Of a stretch of DNA of 64,000 nt, positions 37,146 to 46,060 are shown piece after piece. The notes under the pieces are model-generated. The model had not been told where the DNA came from and did no database searches. It worked only from the letters and a program-made list of their open reading frames with translations. The DNA lies in the IMG/VR virus record IMGVR_UViG_3300036820_000012, positions 16,724 to 80,723 of that record; one strand, given 5' to 3'. This DNA comes from a virus. Position 1 is the stretch's first letter. Each line of letters opens with the position of its first letter. The position numbers and the translations under genes are program-made.

Positions 37146-37768
37146 CTAGCCGCCGTTCTCTATGGCGCGGATGCAGGACTTCATCGGGTTGAGCCACCGG
37201 TACATCCCGAGCGGGAGCGCTTGGACCTGCGGTGGCAGCAGGTTGTGCTCCAGGAACCACCGGCAGTCCGAAGCGGTCCTAGGGTCCAGGCCGGGCGGAG
37301 GTTCTGCTACCTCACCTTTCAGCCACTGTCTGAGCCAGAGCCATCCGTCGTACTCGTCTTGGGTTCGGGCTCTTTTGGGCCGGCCGGGCCGTCCAGCGCG
37401 GCAATGTGAGGCTTGGTGGCCTCATTCAGCGTCTTGCCCGCAGTCAGCGGCAGGAGCTTGCGCGATTCCGCGGAGTAGGGCAGCGGGATGTGCGGCACCG
37501 CGCCCTCGGCCGCGTAGGACCAGTCCAGGATCAGCGAGGCGAACAGGGCGTCACGGCGCTGGGCCAGCATGTCGGCGGTGAGGCGCAGCTTCGGCTTCGG
37601 TACGCCCTCGCCCTCCTCGTCGGCGTCGGCGTCAGCTTCCTCGGCGGCCTTTTTCGCCCAGGCCTCCTGAATCACATTGCGCCACGCGTCGTCGTCGGCT
37701 GCGGTGAGCGAATCGGGATCCCGGAGTTCCACCCAATGACTGCCGGGCCCCGGGATTTCGATTCGCAT
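37146..37768 (-). CDS. Tail assembly chaperone (37319-37768) with -1 frameshift extension to 37146
   Basis: Slippery C CCA AAA at 37379-37373; the -1 frame stays open to TAG at 37146. Confidence 0.75.
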
Positions 37769-37905
37769 AGTGCCTCCTGGTCGAACACGTGTGTGGACCG
37801 CCATTGATGACGGTGAGTAGCGATAGAATGACTAGACGAAGGATCGCCGCCGCGATTAGGCCCGCGACGGCGATCTGCCGGACAGCACCTAGATGAGACC
37901 TAGGA

Positions 37906-38490
37906 GTGCACGACATGGAACAACTTACGCTTGACGGTGGCACGGTGCCGATCTGCACCGCCTCGGCCGATGACCTCTTCCGCTGGTGCCGCATGGCGAA
38001 CGTGGTCGCCTTTGAAATGCTCGGCTACCGGAACAGCTGCATTCTGACGTCCCACGCCCTCACTGCGTTTCTGCGCCAGAAGGGACTGGATGCCGAGCCG
38101 TTCCGTGCCGAGGTGCATGTGCACCATCTGACGGACCGCACCGTTTCCGGCTGCGGGCTGGGCTGGGACGGCGACGGGACGCGGCGCCCTGCCGCCGAAC
38201 CCGGCTCCTGGCGCGGTCATCTCGCCGTGATGTGCGACGGCTACGTGCTTGACCCGACGATCGACCAGGCCGAGGTTGGCGGCAAGACGATCCAGCCAGC
38301 CGTGTTCGCCATGCCGCCGGGCTGGGATGACGGCAAGAGGCACATCTGGACGGAGAGCGGACTCCAGGTCAGCCACCAGCGCTACCGCCGGCAGATCGGG
38401 TGGAAGTCAGCACAGGCCGCCCGGCCGATCCACTGGCGGGACGTGCTGACCGTGATGCAGAACTCCGAGGTGTACGGAGACTGGCGATGA
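37906..38490 (+). CDS. Hypothetical protein, possibly transglutaminase/Cys-protease-like
   Basis: SCIL.S...GHLAV...YVLDPTIDQ (Cys-His-Asp order); AGGAG RBS before ATG 37915. Confidence 0.6.
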   Translation: MHDMEQLTLDGGTVPICTASADDLFRWCRMANVVAFEMLGYRNSCILTSHALTAFLRQKGLDAEPFRAEVHVHHLTDRTVSGCGLGWDGDGTRRPAAEPGSWRGHLAVMCDGYVLDPTIDQAEVGGKTIQPAVFAMPPGWDDGKRHIWTESGLQVSHQRYRRQIGWKSAQAARPIHWRDVLTVMQNSEVYGDWR

Positions 38491-39179
38491 GCGCATCAGC
38501 CGCGCTCGAGCTAGTGCCAGCATCCACAGTGGAAGATGAGCCTGAGCGCTGGCTGCCCGTCGTGGACTTCGGGCACTACGAGGTCAGCAGCCTCGGCCGT
38601 GTCCGCAGCATTGACCACGACGTCATCGCAGCCAACCGATGGGGCGGCCAGAATGTGCGCCGCCTCCGCGGTCGCATGCTTGAGGGCACGTGGGATCACA
38701 CCGGCTACCTGATGGTCTCGATGTACCGGGCTCCCGGCGAGAAGCAAGAGAAGCGGCCCGTGCACCAACTGGTCGCCGATGCCTTCATCGGCGAGTGCCC
38801 TCCTGGCCAGGAGGTGCGTCATGGGCCGAACGGGAGGACGGATAACCGGGCGTCGCAACTCTGCTACGGGACCAGGAAGGAGAACGCAGGTGACAAGAAG
38901 CGCGACGGCACGGAGTTTTACTCCAGCCGCGATGAGTGCGGCGCAGGTCACAAGTACACGCCCGAGACAAGTTACGTCCGCAACAAGCCTGACGGGACGT
39001 TCAAGCAGCGCGTCTGCCGGATCTGCGAGGCCGACGCTCATCAGCGGCGCGCGGAACGGCTGAAGGAGAACCCGCCACCGCCGTGCACCAAGCCCGGCTG
39101 TGACGATCCCCAGCTAGCCAGGGGCCTGTGCAACAAGCACTACAAGCAGTGGCGGAAGGCCCAGCCCAAGGCCGCGTAA
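38487..39179 (+). CDS. NUMOD4-HNH homing endonuclease
   Basis: ERWLPVVDFGHYEVSSLGRVRS...VHQLVADAFIG.CP.G.EVRH.....DNRASQL.YGT..EN. Confidence 0.92.
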   Translation: MSASAALELVPASTVEDEPERWLPVVDFGHYEVSSLGRVRSIDHDVIAANRWGGQNVRRLRGRMLEGTWDHTGYLMVSMYRAPGEKQEKRPVHQLVADAFIGECPPGQEVRHGPNGRTDNRASQLCYGTRKENAGDKKRDGTEFYSSRDECGAGHKYTPETSYVRNKPDGTFKQRVCRICEADAHQRRAERLKENPPPPCTKPGCDDPQLARGLCNKHYKQWRKAQPKAA

Positions 39180-39192
39180 CCTGATGTCCGTT

Positions 39193-40464
39193 TCAGTACC
39201 CGCTTATCCCGTTCTCCAAGGTGATCTGCACAGCGCCCCACCCGCCCGAGTTGCCCACGTTCACGGTGTTACCTCCCAAAATACCTGAGGTTTGGTACCC
39301 GAAGGTGGTTTTGCCCGGTGTGAGCTGCGCCTTGTTAAATGCCCCGATGTGGGCCGCCACGGAGAACGACACGAGACCCGACCCGCTGCCCCCGTTGCTG
39401 GTTGTCCACAAAAGGGTAGGTTGTACATTATTGATGTAGTTCAGGAGGGCACTCTGATCTACCGCCGGCGAGTACAGGAGGTCAAATGTCCCATCTAGGG
39501 GACCTCGTGCTATTACGTACGGGGCTTCCTGTCCGTCGATAGCCGGAATTGGCTCGACATCGCGGGTCAAAGTGACCGTCCATTCGGCCACATTGTAGAT
39601 AGATGTGCCCCCAACGGTGGATGTGCCTTTCCACGCAGGGATCGCCCGCACCGAGGACAGGGTGGGAGTCACCGCCGATGCTGGTGCCTGCTGCGGCCAG
39701 CCTGTGAAGCTGCCAGACCACATCAAAAGCCCCGTAGCTGCACCAGTCAGCTTAAGCTGTGACATGCAGCAGTACGGGTACTGGTCGGTGTAGTAGTTCG
39801 CGGATCCGCCCGTCTGGTTCCGGTCCAGGATCGCGTGGCTCGGTGGCTGGCCTGAGATGTTCCCCGTTGCCGACGCCGGGTTCAGCGTCGAAAACACGTG
39901 CGTAAAGGGAGCTACTACGGTCGTAACGGTCACGGCTGACGCGTGCGCGAACCGGATCGGCGTCGTCGCCGCGACCACGATGGAGGTGACCCCAGACCCG
40001 GTCCCCACCGTCACGATCTCGGCGAGGCTGCCGGTGTCGATCTGGATGTAGGTGCCGGCCGTGGCGGCGGTACCGGTGGTAACGGCGATCGGGCCGGCGC
40101 CGGGAGTGAGCGCGCTGGAGGTCGTCCAGGTCGGCGTGCTCGCGGTGCCGGTGTCCGTCCAGTCGCCGAGCATGTTGGCCAGGATGTGGCCGATGGTGTC
40201 GCCGAACAGGGGCGAGTCCGGGACCGTCATCTCAGTCCAGAACGCGGCAGGCTGAATGTCGAAGATCGACGTCATCGCGCCGCGGAGTCCCTTGTCCTCC
40301 ACATAGTTCAGCTTCGGATCTGGGGCAAATCCGGCAACTGGGACTTCCACGTACCCTGCGGTCGGCGGCTGCCCGTACCCGGCCAGTTCGCGTGCGATGC
40401 CGAGGTACCGCTCTGCAGGCGGGAAGATTGGGCTCGGAACGGCCAGGTTGCTCACGGAAACCAC
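39193..40464 (-). CDS. Major tail tube protein (paralog 1)
   Basis: YLGIARE...DKGLRG...PFTHVFS...; directly upstream of the chaperone on this strand. Confidence 0.8.
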   Translation of the reverse strand: MVSVSNLAVPSPIFPPAERYLGIARELAGYGQPPTAGYVEVPVAGFAPDPKLNYVEDKGLRGAMTSIFDIQPAAFWTEMTVPDSPLFGDTIGHILANMLGDWTDTGTASTPTWTTSSALTPGAGPIAVTTGTAATAGTYIQIDTGSLAEIVTVGTGSGVTSIVVAATTPIRFAHASAVTVTTVVAPFTHVFSTLNPASATGNISGQPPSHAILDRNQTGGSANYYTDQYPYCCMSQLKLTGAATGLLMWSGSFTGWPQQAPASAVTPTLSSVRAIPAWKGTSTVGGTSIYNVAEWTVTLTRDVEPIPAIDGQEAPYVIARGPLDGTFDLLYSPAVDQSALLNYINNVQPTLLWTTSNGGSGSGLVSFSVAAHIGAFNKAQLTPGKTTFGYQTSGILGGNTVNVGNSGGWGAVQITLENGISGY

Positions 40465-40543
40465 CCGTTTCTGTCAGTCAATGGGCAGGTGGGATAGCCG
40501 GGCCGGGCCATTGCCGTCCGGTAGGTCTGCGGGGAGGTGCAGG

Positions 40544-40891
40544 TCAGGCGCCGTCAGTGCCGCTGGGCAGCGCGGAGGCGAGCGGGGGCGGCGTCACGGG
40601 CCTGGGCGCAAGTGGCGGCAGGGCCGCAGCCGCAGGAGCGCTCTCAGCCGCTTCCGGCTCCGGGTCAGCCAGCCGCTTGGGCAGCGGCCCGTCACTGGCG
40701 AACCAGTCAGCGGTTGGGGCGGGGAACCACCAGGCGCGCTCGTCAGCGTCTTCCGGAGGTGTGGCGCCGAAGGGAGCGTCGAACTCGCGCTCAGCACCGG
40801 GCTCGACGTAGCCCACGATGTCCGCGTGAGCGTCCCGGGACTCAGGAAAATTGGAGGCTACGCAGCCGCAGAAGGTGAAACTGCTGGGCAT
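40544..40891 (-). CDS. Hypothetical protein (Pro/Ala-rich tail)
   Basis: GGAGG RBS. Confidence 0.65.
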   Translation of the reverse strand: MPSSFTFCGCVASNFPESRDAHADIVGYVEPGAEREFDAPFGATPPEDADERAWWFPAPTADWFASDGPLPKRLADPEPEAAESAPAAAALPPLAPRPVTPPPLASALPSGTDGA

Positions 40892-40940
40892 GACGGCCTC
40901 CTGGGGCTAAAGAGCGGCAGCGAGTGGGACGATGGCGCGC

Positions 40941-41339
40941 ATGGTCACTGATGAGCAGGTGGCGTTCCTGCGGGACCGGTTCAGCGAGGACGAGGCGTCC
41001 GCGAAGGCTGCATGCCTGTTTGGCAGCGGGAACTGGGTGCAGGATGACCCCGGCCGGTATCCGGGCCACATTGACTCCGACACCGGCACTGTCACCTACG
41101 ACGAGGGTTCACCGACCCACGATCAGGCTGCGCACATCGCCCGCCATAACCCGGCGCGGGTGCTGCGCGATGTGGAGGTCTGGCGCAGGATCCTGCTGGA
41201 GTACGGGACCGCAGGCCTGGACGCGAAGTACGCAGGCACCGAGCGGGAGACCGGGTTCCAGCTGGCGCTCAGCTTCGCCCTGAAGTCCAAGGCCGCGGTC
41301 TACAAGGACCACCCGGACTACGGGAGGCTGTTCGGATGA
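40941..41339 (+). CDS. DUF6221-like protein
   Basis: AFLR.R..EDE..A...HIARHNPARVLRDVE..RRIL...A.Y.DHPDY. Confidence 0.75.
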   Translation: MVTDEQVAFLRDRFSEDEASAKAACLFGSGNWVQDDPGRYPGHIDSDTGTVTYDEGSPTHDQAAHIARHNPARVLRDVEVWRRILLEYGTAGLDAKYAGTERETGFQLALSFALKSKAAVYKDHPDYGRLFG

Positions 41340-41692
41340 GCGAGATGGCGCAGCGCAGCAGCCTGCCCGCGGTACCGAGCACGCAGAGTTTCGGCGACCT
41401 GCTCGGCCGCTACATGTGGGTCCAGGAGGTCGCGATGGACTGGGGCTGGATGAACGGGGTGCTCACGATCCGGGGCAACCTGAAGCCCGATCCGGACGCC
41501 GCCAGCCCGTCAGCTTTGCGCCGGTCGTTCCTGGACTCGCTAGACGCCGTGATGGCGATCATGGAGGCGGCCGGGGCGAAGTGGGAGTCGCATCCGGAGG
41601 TCGAGATCGTCGGCAGTGCGATTCACAAACTTGGCGGTGGTCAGGAGTTCGCGGGTATCGAGTGCCGCTGCAAGCTGGAGATCTTCGGCTAG
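41336..41692 (+). CDS. Hypothetical protein
   Basis: ATGA overlap. Confidence 0.65.
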   Translation: MSEMAQRSSLPAVPSTQSFGDLLGRYMWVQEVAMDWGWMNGVLTIRGNLKPDPDAASPSALRRSFLDSLDAVMAIMEAAGAKWESHPEVEIVGSAIHKLGGGQEFAGIECRCKLEIFG

Positions 41693-42111
41693 CGCGTCTT
41701 CGGCGTCAGGTTGGAAGCGGTGCCGCGCTTGGCGTGCTTGAGCGGCTTGATTTCCTGCGGCGCAGCGATCCGCATCTCGGTGACCAGGAACCGGAACGTG
41801 CCGGTGACGGGCTTGCCGTCCTCGCCCAGGTGCAGCTTCGCGGGCGTGCGGTAGATGGGCTGCCCGTCCTCATCGGTGAACATGACGACCTCGGCCCAGA
41901 TGATGCCGCTGGCCTTGGCGTGGAGCGTGATCTCCGAGATGGTCGTGACCGGGCCGTCAGCGTTGAAGGGCGCGACGCCCCACCCGGCGATGGCCCATCT
42001 GGTGCCCCGCGCATGAACCGGCCACTCGATTCCGATCTCGCCGATGGCGTCGTCCCACTCGTGCGCCTGGACTAGGTCGTCGTCTGCCACGGCTGCTGCG
42101 CTCTCAGGCAT
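41689..42111 (-). CDS. Hypothetical protein
   Basis: GGAGGT RBS before ATG 42111. Confidence 0.65.
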   Translation of the reverse strand: MPESAAAVADDDLVQAHEWDDAIGEIGIEWPVHARGTRWAIAGWGVAPFNADGPVTTISEITLHAKASGIIWAEVVMFTDEDGQPIYRTPAKLHLGEDGKPVTGTFRFLVTEMRIAAPQEIKPLKHAKRGTASNLTPKTR

Positions 42112-42149
42112 GAGACCTCCCAGGTGGCGTGACGTGCGACGATGGCGAA

Positions 42150-42590
42150 ATGAGCGAAACCGAAGCGCTGCCAGCCGGAACGACCGTCTACTTCTGCCCG
42201 CTGTGCGGATGGTCGCATCCCCAGTTGCCGCCGACTGAGCAGGAACTGATGGAGGCTGCAGCGGACCCGATCGTGACCTACCTGCACCGCAAGTTCCGCG
42301 ATGTGGAGGCCGCGGTTGAGGCGCACCTGAACACGCACGGCCTGCTCGACTGGCTGAACGAGGTGAGCCGTCTGCGGTCAGAGCTGGACGCCTCGCAGGA
42401 GGCATTCCGCCGGCTGGAGGTGGAGAGGCAGAACGGGGAACGCGACGCCGCAATGGTTGCGGCCGTCCTGACGCGCAAGCTTGGCGGGACCGTGCTGGTG
42501 ACCGACCTCGACCTCGTTCAGGAGAGCGCGGCGCTCGTGCGGGTTCCTGAACCGCACGGCTTCACGCTCACCATCGTGAGTCACCCGTAG
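42150..42590 (+). CDS. Zinc-finger plus coiled-coil protein (antisense moron)
   Basis: CPLCGW...H...H and heptad region. Confidence 0.65.
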   Translation: MSETEALPAGTTVYFCPLCGWSHPQLPPTEQELMEAAADPIVTYLHRKFRDVEAAVEAHLNTHGLLDWLNEVSRLRSELDASQEAFRRLEVERQNGERDAAMVAAVLTRKLGGTVLVTDLDLVQESAALVRVPEPHGFTLTIVSHP

Positions 42591-43735
42591 GCGTCCTGCA
42601 CGTAGTTGAGCAGCGTCGCCGTGAACGCCGCCCCGCCTGCTGGCTGCGCGATCCCGGCCAGCGAGTACGTGGCGGAAAGGTAGTTTCCGGTCGTGATCGG
42701 CTCGCCTGTCAGCCACCCGGAGCGCGGCATCGTCAGCGTGACCGAGCAGCCCCCGGCGAGGACGGGCTGCACCAGCGAGTGAACGACGGGGTCCTGCGTG
42801 TTGCCCCAGAAGTTGTCGAAATCGTCCGTGTTCTCAAAGATCGCCGTGTACGTCCCGTCCGCCTGCAGCGGCCCCGGCCAGATGCCAAGCGGCTGCTGAC
42901 TGTTGGCGATGACGGGGCAGATGCCCAGGTCCCGGTGCAGGGTCAGGTCCATCTGCTGGCCACGGGTTGACGCGCCGCCCCCGGTGGTGACCGCCCACGC
43001 CCACCCGTAAGCAGGCTGAGCGGACGTCCCTTCCCAGGCGAAGGTCTCCACCGCAGCAGGCGGGAAGCCGGACGCGCTCGCGGTGAGCTTCGCCATCCCG
43101 TCGCTGCCGATCTTCACCGCCAGCGAGGAGACGACGGTCCCTGGCCAGCCGAGCGGTCCCGTGCCGTCGTCCATCGTCAGGCTCCAGCGGGGCCAGGAGA
43201 ACGTCGGCCCTTCGGAGTTCTGCGTGAACACGTGCTGGCTCTGCGAGACCGCCGTGTCGCCGTCAGGGTGGGCGAACCGCAGCGGCGTGGTCAGCGGCAC
43301 CGTGTACGGCCCGGAACCTGTCGGAGTGCCTGCCTGCGCGTACTCCAGCGCGGCACCGGAGCCGAGCATGAGCACCGCGCCAGCGGCAGGCTCAGCGGCG
43401 AGGGAGACAGCCTCAGCGCCTGCGCTCGCCGCCGCCGTGAGCGTGGTGGTGATGCCGGGGGTGCAGTCGTCCGGCCCGATGACGCTGGCCAGCCAGAAGC
43501 CGATCAGGTCCGGGTACAGGCCGCTGGGGATGACCCACTCCGACCATGCCGGGCCCTGGAGCAGGTCCTGGAGCTCGGAGTCGCTGCCGCGCAGCGCGAT
43601 GTCCCGCAGGGGGGTGATGACCTGCTTGTACTTGGCACCGGAGGAGAAGATCACCGGGAACGTGGGGAGTTCGTAGACGCCGGGGACGGACTCAGCGGCG
43701 ATGCCGAGCTTGGCCGTGCGGCTCAGCACCGACAC
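42581..43735 (-). CDS. Tail tube-like protein (paralog 2)
   Basis: Collinear motifs with 39193-40464 (LGIA.E, LRG, TTP.RFAH, HVF, GPL..DG). Confidence 0.75.
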   Translation of the reverse strand: MSVLSRTAKLGIAAESVPGVYELPTFPVIFSSGAKYKQVITPLRDIALRGSDSELQDLLQGPAWSEWVIPSGLYPDLIGFWLASVIGPDDCTPGITTTLTAAASAGAEAVSLAAEPAAGAVLMLGSGAALEYAQAGTPTGSGPYTVPLTTPLRFAHPDGDTAVSQSQHVFTQNSEGPTFSWPRWSLTMDDGTGPLGWPGTVVSSLAVKIGSDGMAKLTASASGFPPAAVETFAWEGTSAQPAYGWAWAVTTGGGASTRGQQMDLTLHRDLGICPVIANSQQPLGIWPGPLQADGTYTAIFENTDDFDNFWGNTQDPVVHSLVQPVLAGGCSVTLTMPRSGWLTGEPITTGNYLSATYSLAGIAQPAGGAAFTATLLNYVQDAYG

Positions 43736-43764
43736 GGCGGCCTCCCGGCGCTATCGTGGCGGCC

Positions 43765-44169
43765 ATGACCGCGAGCACGAGGATTGACAACCCGCTTGAG
43801 CTGCACTCGGCTTGCGTGCCGTGGCTCGGCCATTCATCACAGGTCAGGGTGCCGTGGCTCGGTGCCGTGACGGGCTACATCCCTGCGACAGTCGTCTCAC
43901 TTGCCGGCAACGTTGAGCCGGGCGATGGCGCGGACATGACCAGTGCCGGTGTGGCGCGACTGCACCTGCTGACGCGCGCCCACGAACTGATCACGTTCCT
44001 GGCCGCCAGCGGCTGGGTGCTGAACGACGCTCCCGTGATGGACTTCCGCGGTCACCTTGAGAGTGGCCGCTGGACTATCGGCGGCGAGATGGCCGAGCCG
44101 CCTCAGGAGTACGGCATCTGCCTGTCGGTGAGCCTTGAGTTGATCGCGAGCGGACTCCACCGGGTGTAA
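43765..44169 (+). CDS. Hypothetical protein (antisense moron)
   Basis: TATCGT 7 nt before ATG. Confidence 0.6.
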   Translation: MTASTRIDNPLELHSACVPWLGHSSQVRVPWLGAVTGYIPATVVSLAGNVEPGDGADMTSAGVARLHLLTRAHELITFLAASGWVLNDAPVMDFRGHLESGRWTIGGEMAEPPQEYGICLSVSLELIASGLHRV

Positions 44170-44220
44170 CCTTCCCGCCAGCGCGCAACGGGGGAACGTC
44201 AGCCGCGCCAGGGGGAGAAC

Positions 44221-44550
44221 ATGAACGCTGACATCAAGCCGCGCCGCAGTAACCAGCGGTGGCCCATCGTGGACGTGATCGCCGGGGGCGTACTCGTGCT
44301 CGCCCGGCTGATCGCGCCAGGGGTTCCGGGGCTGGTCTTCAGGGACAGCATCAGCCAGGTGCAGGGCATCTGCGCGTCGAACTTAGGGACGTTAGCCCAG
44401 ACCGCTGACTCATCGGTTGCGCATGGCTGCGCGAATGCATCCACCGCGATGACCGTGCTCAACGTCGCCGCCGCAGTCGGCGTCCTGCTGCTGGCAGTCG
44501 GGGGCGCGAACCTGCTGCTCAGGGCGATCCGGCAGGCCCAGCACGGCTAG
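44221..44550 (+). CDS. Two-TM membrane protein with Cys-pair loop
   Basis: TM-loop(C...C)-TM; GGGGAG RBS. Confidence 0.65.
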   Translation: MNADIKPRRSNQRWPIVDVIAGGVLVLARLIAPGVPGLVFRDSISQVQGICASNLGTLAQTADSSVAHGCANASTAMTVLNVAAAVGVLLLAVGGANLLLRAIRQAQHG

Positions 44551-45062
44551 CCGTTCACCTCGAAGTCGTCACCCTTGTAGACGACGGACGCCAGAAGCGA
44601 GTTGGACTGCGGGATCGTGACCGATGGGTCCTGCTTCTCGTAGGTGACCGTGCGCGGGTTCTCGGCGACGGACAGGAACCTGCCGCCGTGGCTCTTGTCG
44701 CCGAGCGGCCCCCGGATCCGCTCGATCAGCAGCGCCGCGGCGTTGTCGAGGTTCTGCTGTTCCGTCTCCGGGATGCGGCTGGTTCCGCTCGCGCCCGCCG
44801 TTGCGCCTTGTGCCTTGAGCGGCCACAGAAGCGTCAGGACGAACGTGTACTGGGGCCGGATGCGCTGGTTCGAGACGCGGGGGTCGGCGACCGGCCGGGC
44901 GTCCACGTAGATGCCGTGCTTGTTCTTTGCGAGGTGGGCACCGGGCCAGTACGCCTGCACCACGTCCCACGGGCCACCGTCTTCGGCGAGCAGCGATGGG
45001 AGCGAGTCGGTCGCCGTCTGGAGCCAGGCCGCCTCGCGGGCAGCGGCGTCAGCCGTTGTCAA
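44547..45062 (-). CDS. Putative tail terminator protein
   Basis: TTG start overlapping the upstream stop; position between adaptor and tail tube. Confidence 0.6.
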   Translation of the reverse strand: MTTADAAAREAAWLQTATDSLPSLLAEDGGPWDVVQAYWPGAHLAKNKHGIYVDARPVADPRVSNQRIRPQYTFVLTLLWPLKAQGATAGASGTSRIPETEQQNLDNAAALLIERIRGPLGDKSHGGRFLSVAENPRTVTYEKQDPSVTIPQSNSLLASVVYKGDDFEVNG

Positions 45063-45724
45063 GCCCGGCCCCAGTTCGTCAGGATCGCCACGGCGTCCGC
45101 GTGCAGCGCGCCCGGGTCGTGACCGGGGCCATCGGCTTCCGGGTCGAGCTCGCGGATGATGATCTCCGCCGTCAGCAGCTTGTTCGCCCGCACCAGCGGA
45201 GCCGGGACGGCCACCGTGTAGCCGCCGGAGTAGGTGCAGCGGACCCGTGAGCCGATGGGGATGAACTGGCCGAGCTGGAACCACAGATGCCCTGTGTCGT
45301 CCGGCCCGTCGAGGATCTGCGACGGGATCAGCGTCTCGGTGCCGCCGTAGGAGCGGATGATCTCCACGGTCAGGCCCGAGTAGGCCCACATGTCCTGGTA
45401 GCGCGGCGGGTGCTCGTGCAGCCAGGCGTGCCGCACCAGCGTCACCGCGCCGAGCGTTGTCGCGTAGGACAGGCCGAGGGTGCCCTGGATGTCCATCGGG
45501 ATGTTCGCCGACTCGGCGTACTCGTCGGGGTCCAGGGCTGAGGCGCGAAGGGTCTCGGTGATGGTGAACGGCGCCAGGCGCCGCTCGGTCAGGTCCTCAC
45601 AGGCCCGCGTCCCCTCGAGCAGGAAGTCCTGCAGCGCTTCCGGCTCAATGGCCGACGCCAGGTCGCTGAATGGCCCGATGCCGAAGTCGGCGAGAGACGC
45701 GAGGCTGGTACCGGGGTCGCCCAC
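45059..45724 (-). CDS. Head-tail adaptor protein
   Basis: ACEDLTERRL...VRCTYSGGY...PAPLVRA. Confidence 0.75.
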   Translation of the reverse strand: MGDPGTSLASLADFGIGPFSDLASAIEPEALQDFLLEGTRACEDLTERRLAPFTITETLRASALDPDEYAESANIPMDIQGTLGLSYATTLGAVTLVRHAWLHEHPPRYQDMWAYSGLTVEIIRSYGGTETLIPSQILDGPDDTGHLWFQLGQFIPIGSRVRCTYSGGYTVAVPAPLVRANKLLTAEIIIRELDPEADGPGHDPGALHADAVAILTNWGRA

Positions 45725-45749
45725 GCCAGCCTCCCGCTGCTGCTAGGTG

Positions 45750-45989
45750 CTACGGCTTCGCGGCAGGCTTGGCCGGCGCTGGCTCAGCCTTGACCGCTGG
45801 TGCGGCCGGTGCCTGCTTTGGCGCTGGCGCGGCGGCCTTTGCCTCGTCCTCAGTGGCCACGGAGTACCCGCCGCCGCGGATGCCGAGCAGCGACCGGGCC
45901 AGGTCGCCAGGGACTTCCTCCACGTCGCCGTCGTGTTTCCAGGTGATGCCCTCGACGGTCGAGCCGCCCTTGTCCTTGCGCAGCAGCAC
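45750..45989 (-). CDS. Small capsid-adjacent protein
   Basis: Position after MCP; Ala/Pro/Lys tail. Confidence 0.65.
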   Translation of the reverse strand: MLLRKDKGGSTVEGITWKHDGDVEEVPGDLARSLLGIRGGGYSVATEDEAKAAAPAPKQAPAAPAVKAEPAPAKPAAKP

Positions 45990-46012
45990 AGCAGGCGCCT
46001 TCCTGATCTGGT

Positions 46013-46055
46013 GACCGCGCAGGTCCCGGCGGCTGAAGCCGGGACCTGCGCGGTC
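46013..46055. terminator. Perfect 18-bp stem hairpin after the capsid gene
   Basis: GACCGCGCAGGTCCCGGC-7 nt-GCCGGGACCTGCGCGGTC. Confidence 0.8.
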
Positions 46056-46060
46056 GGGGC

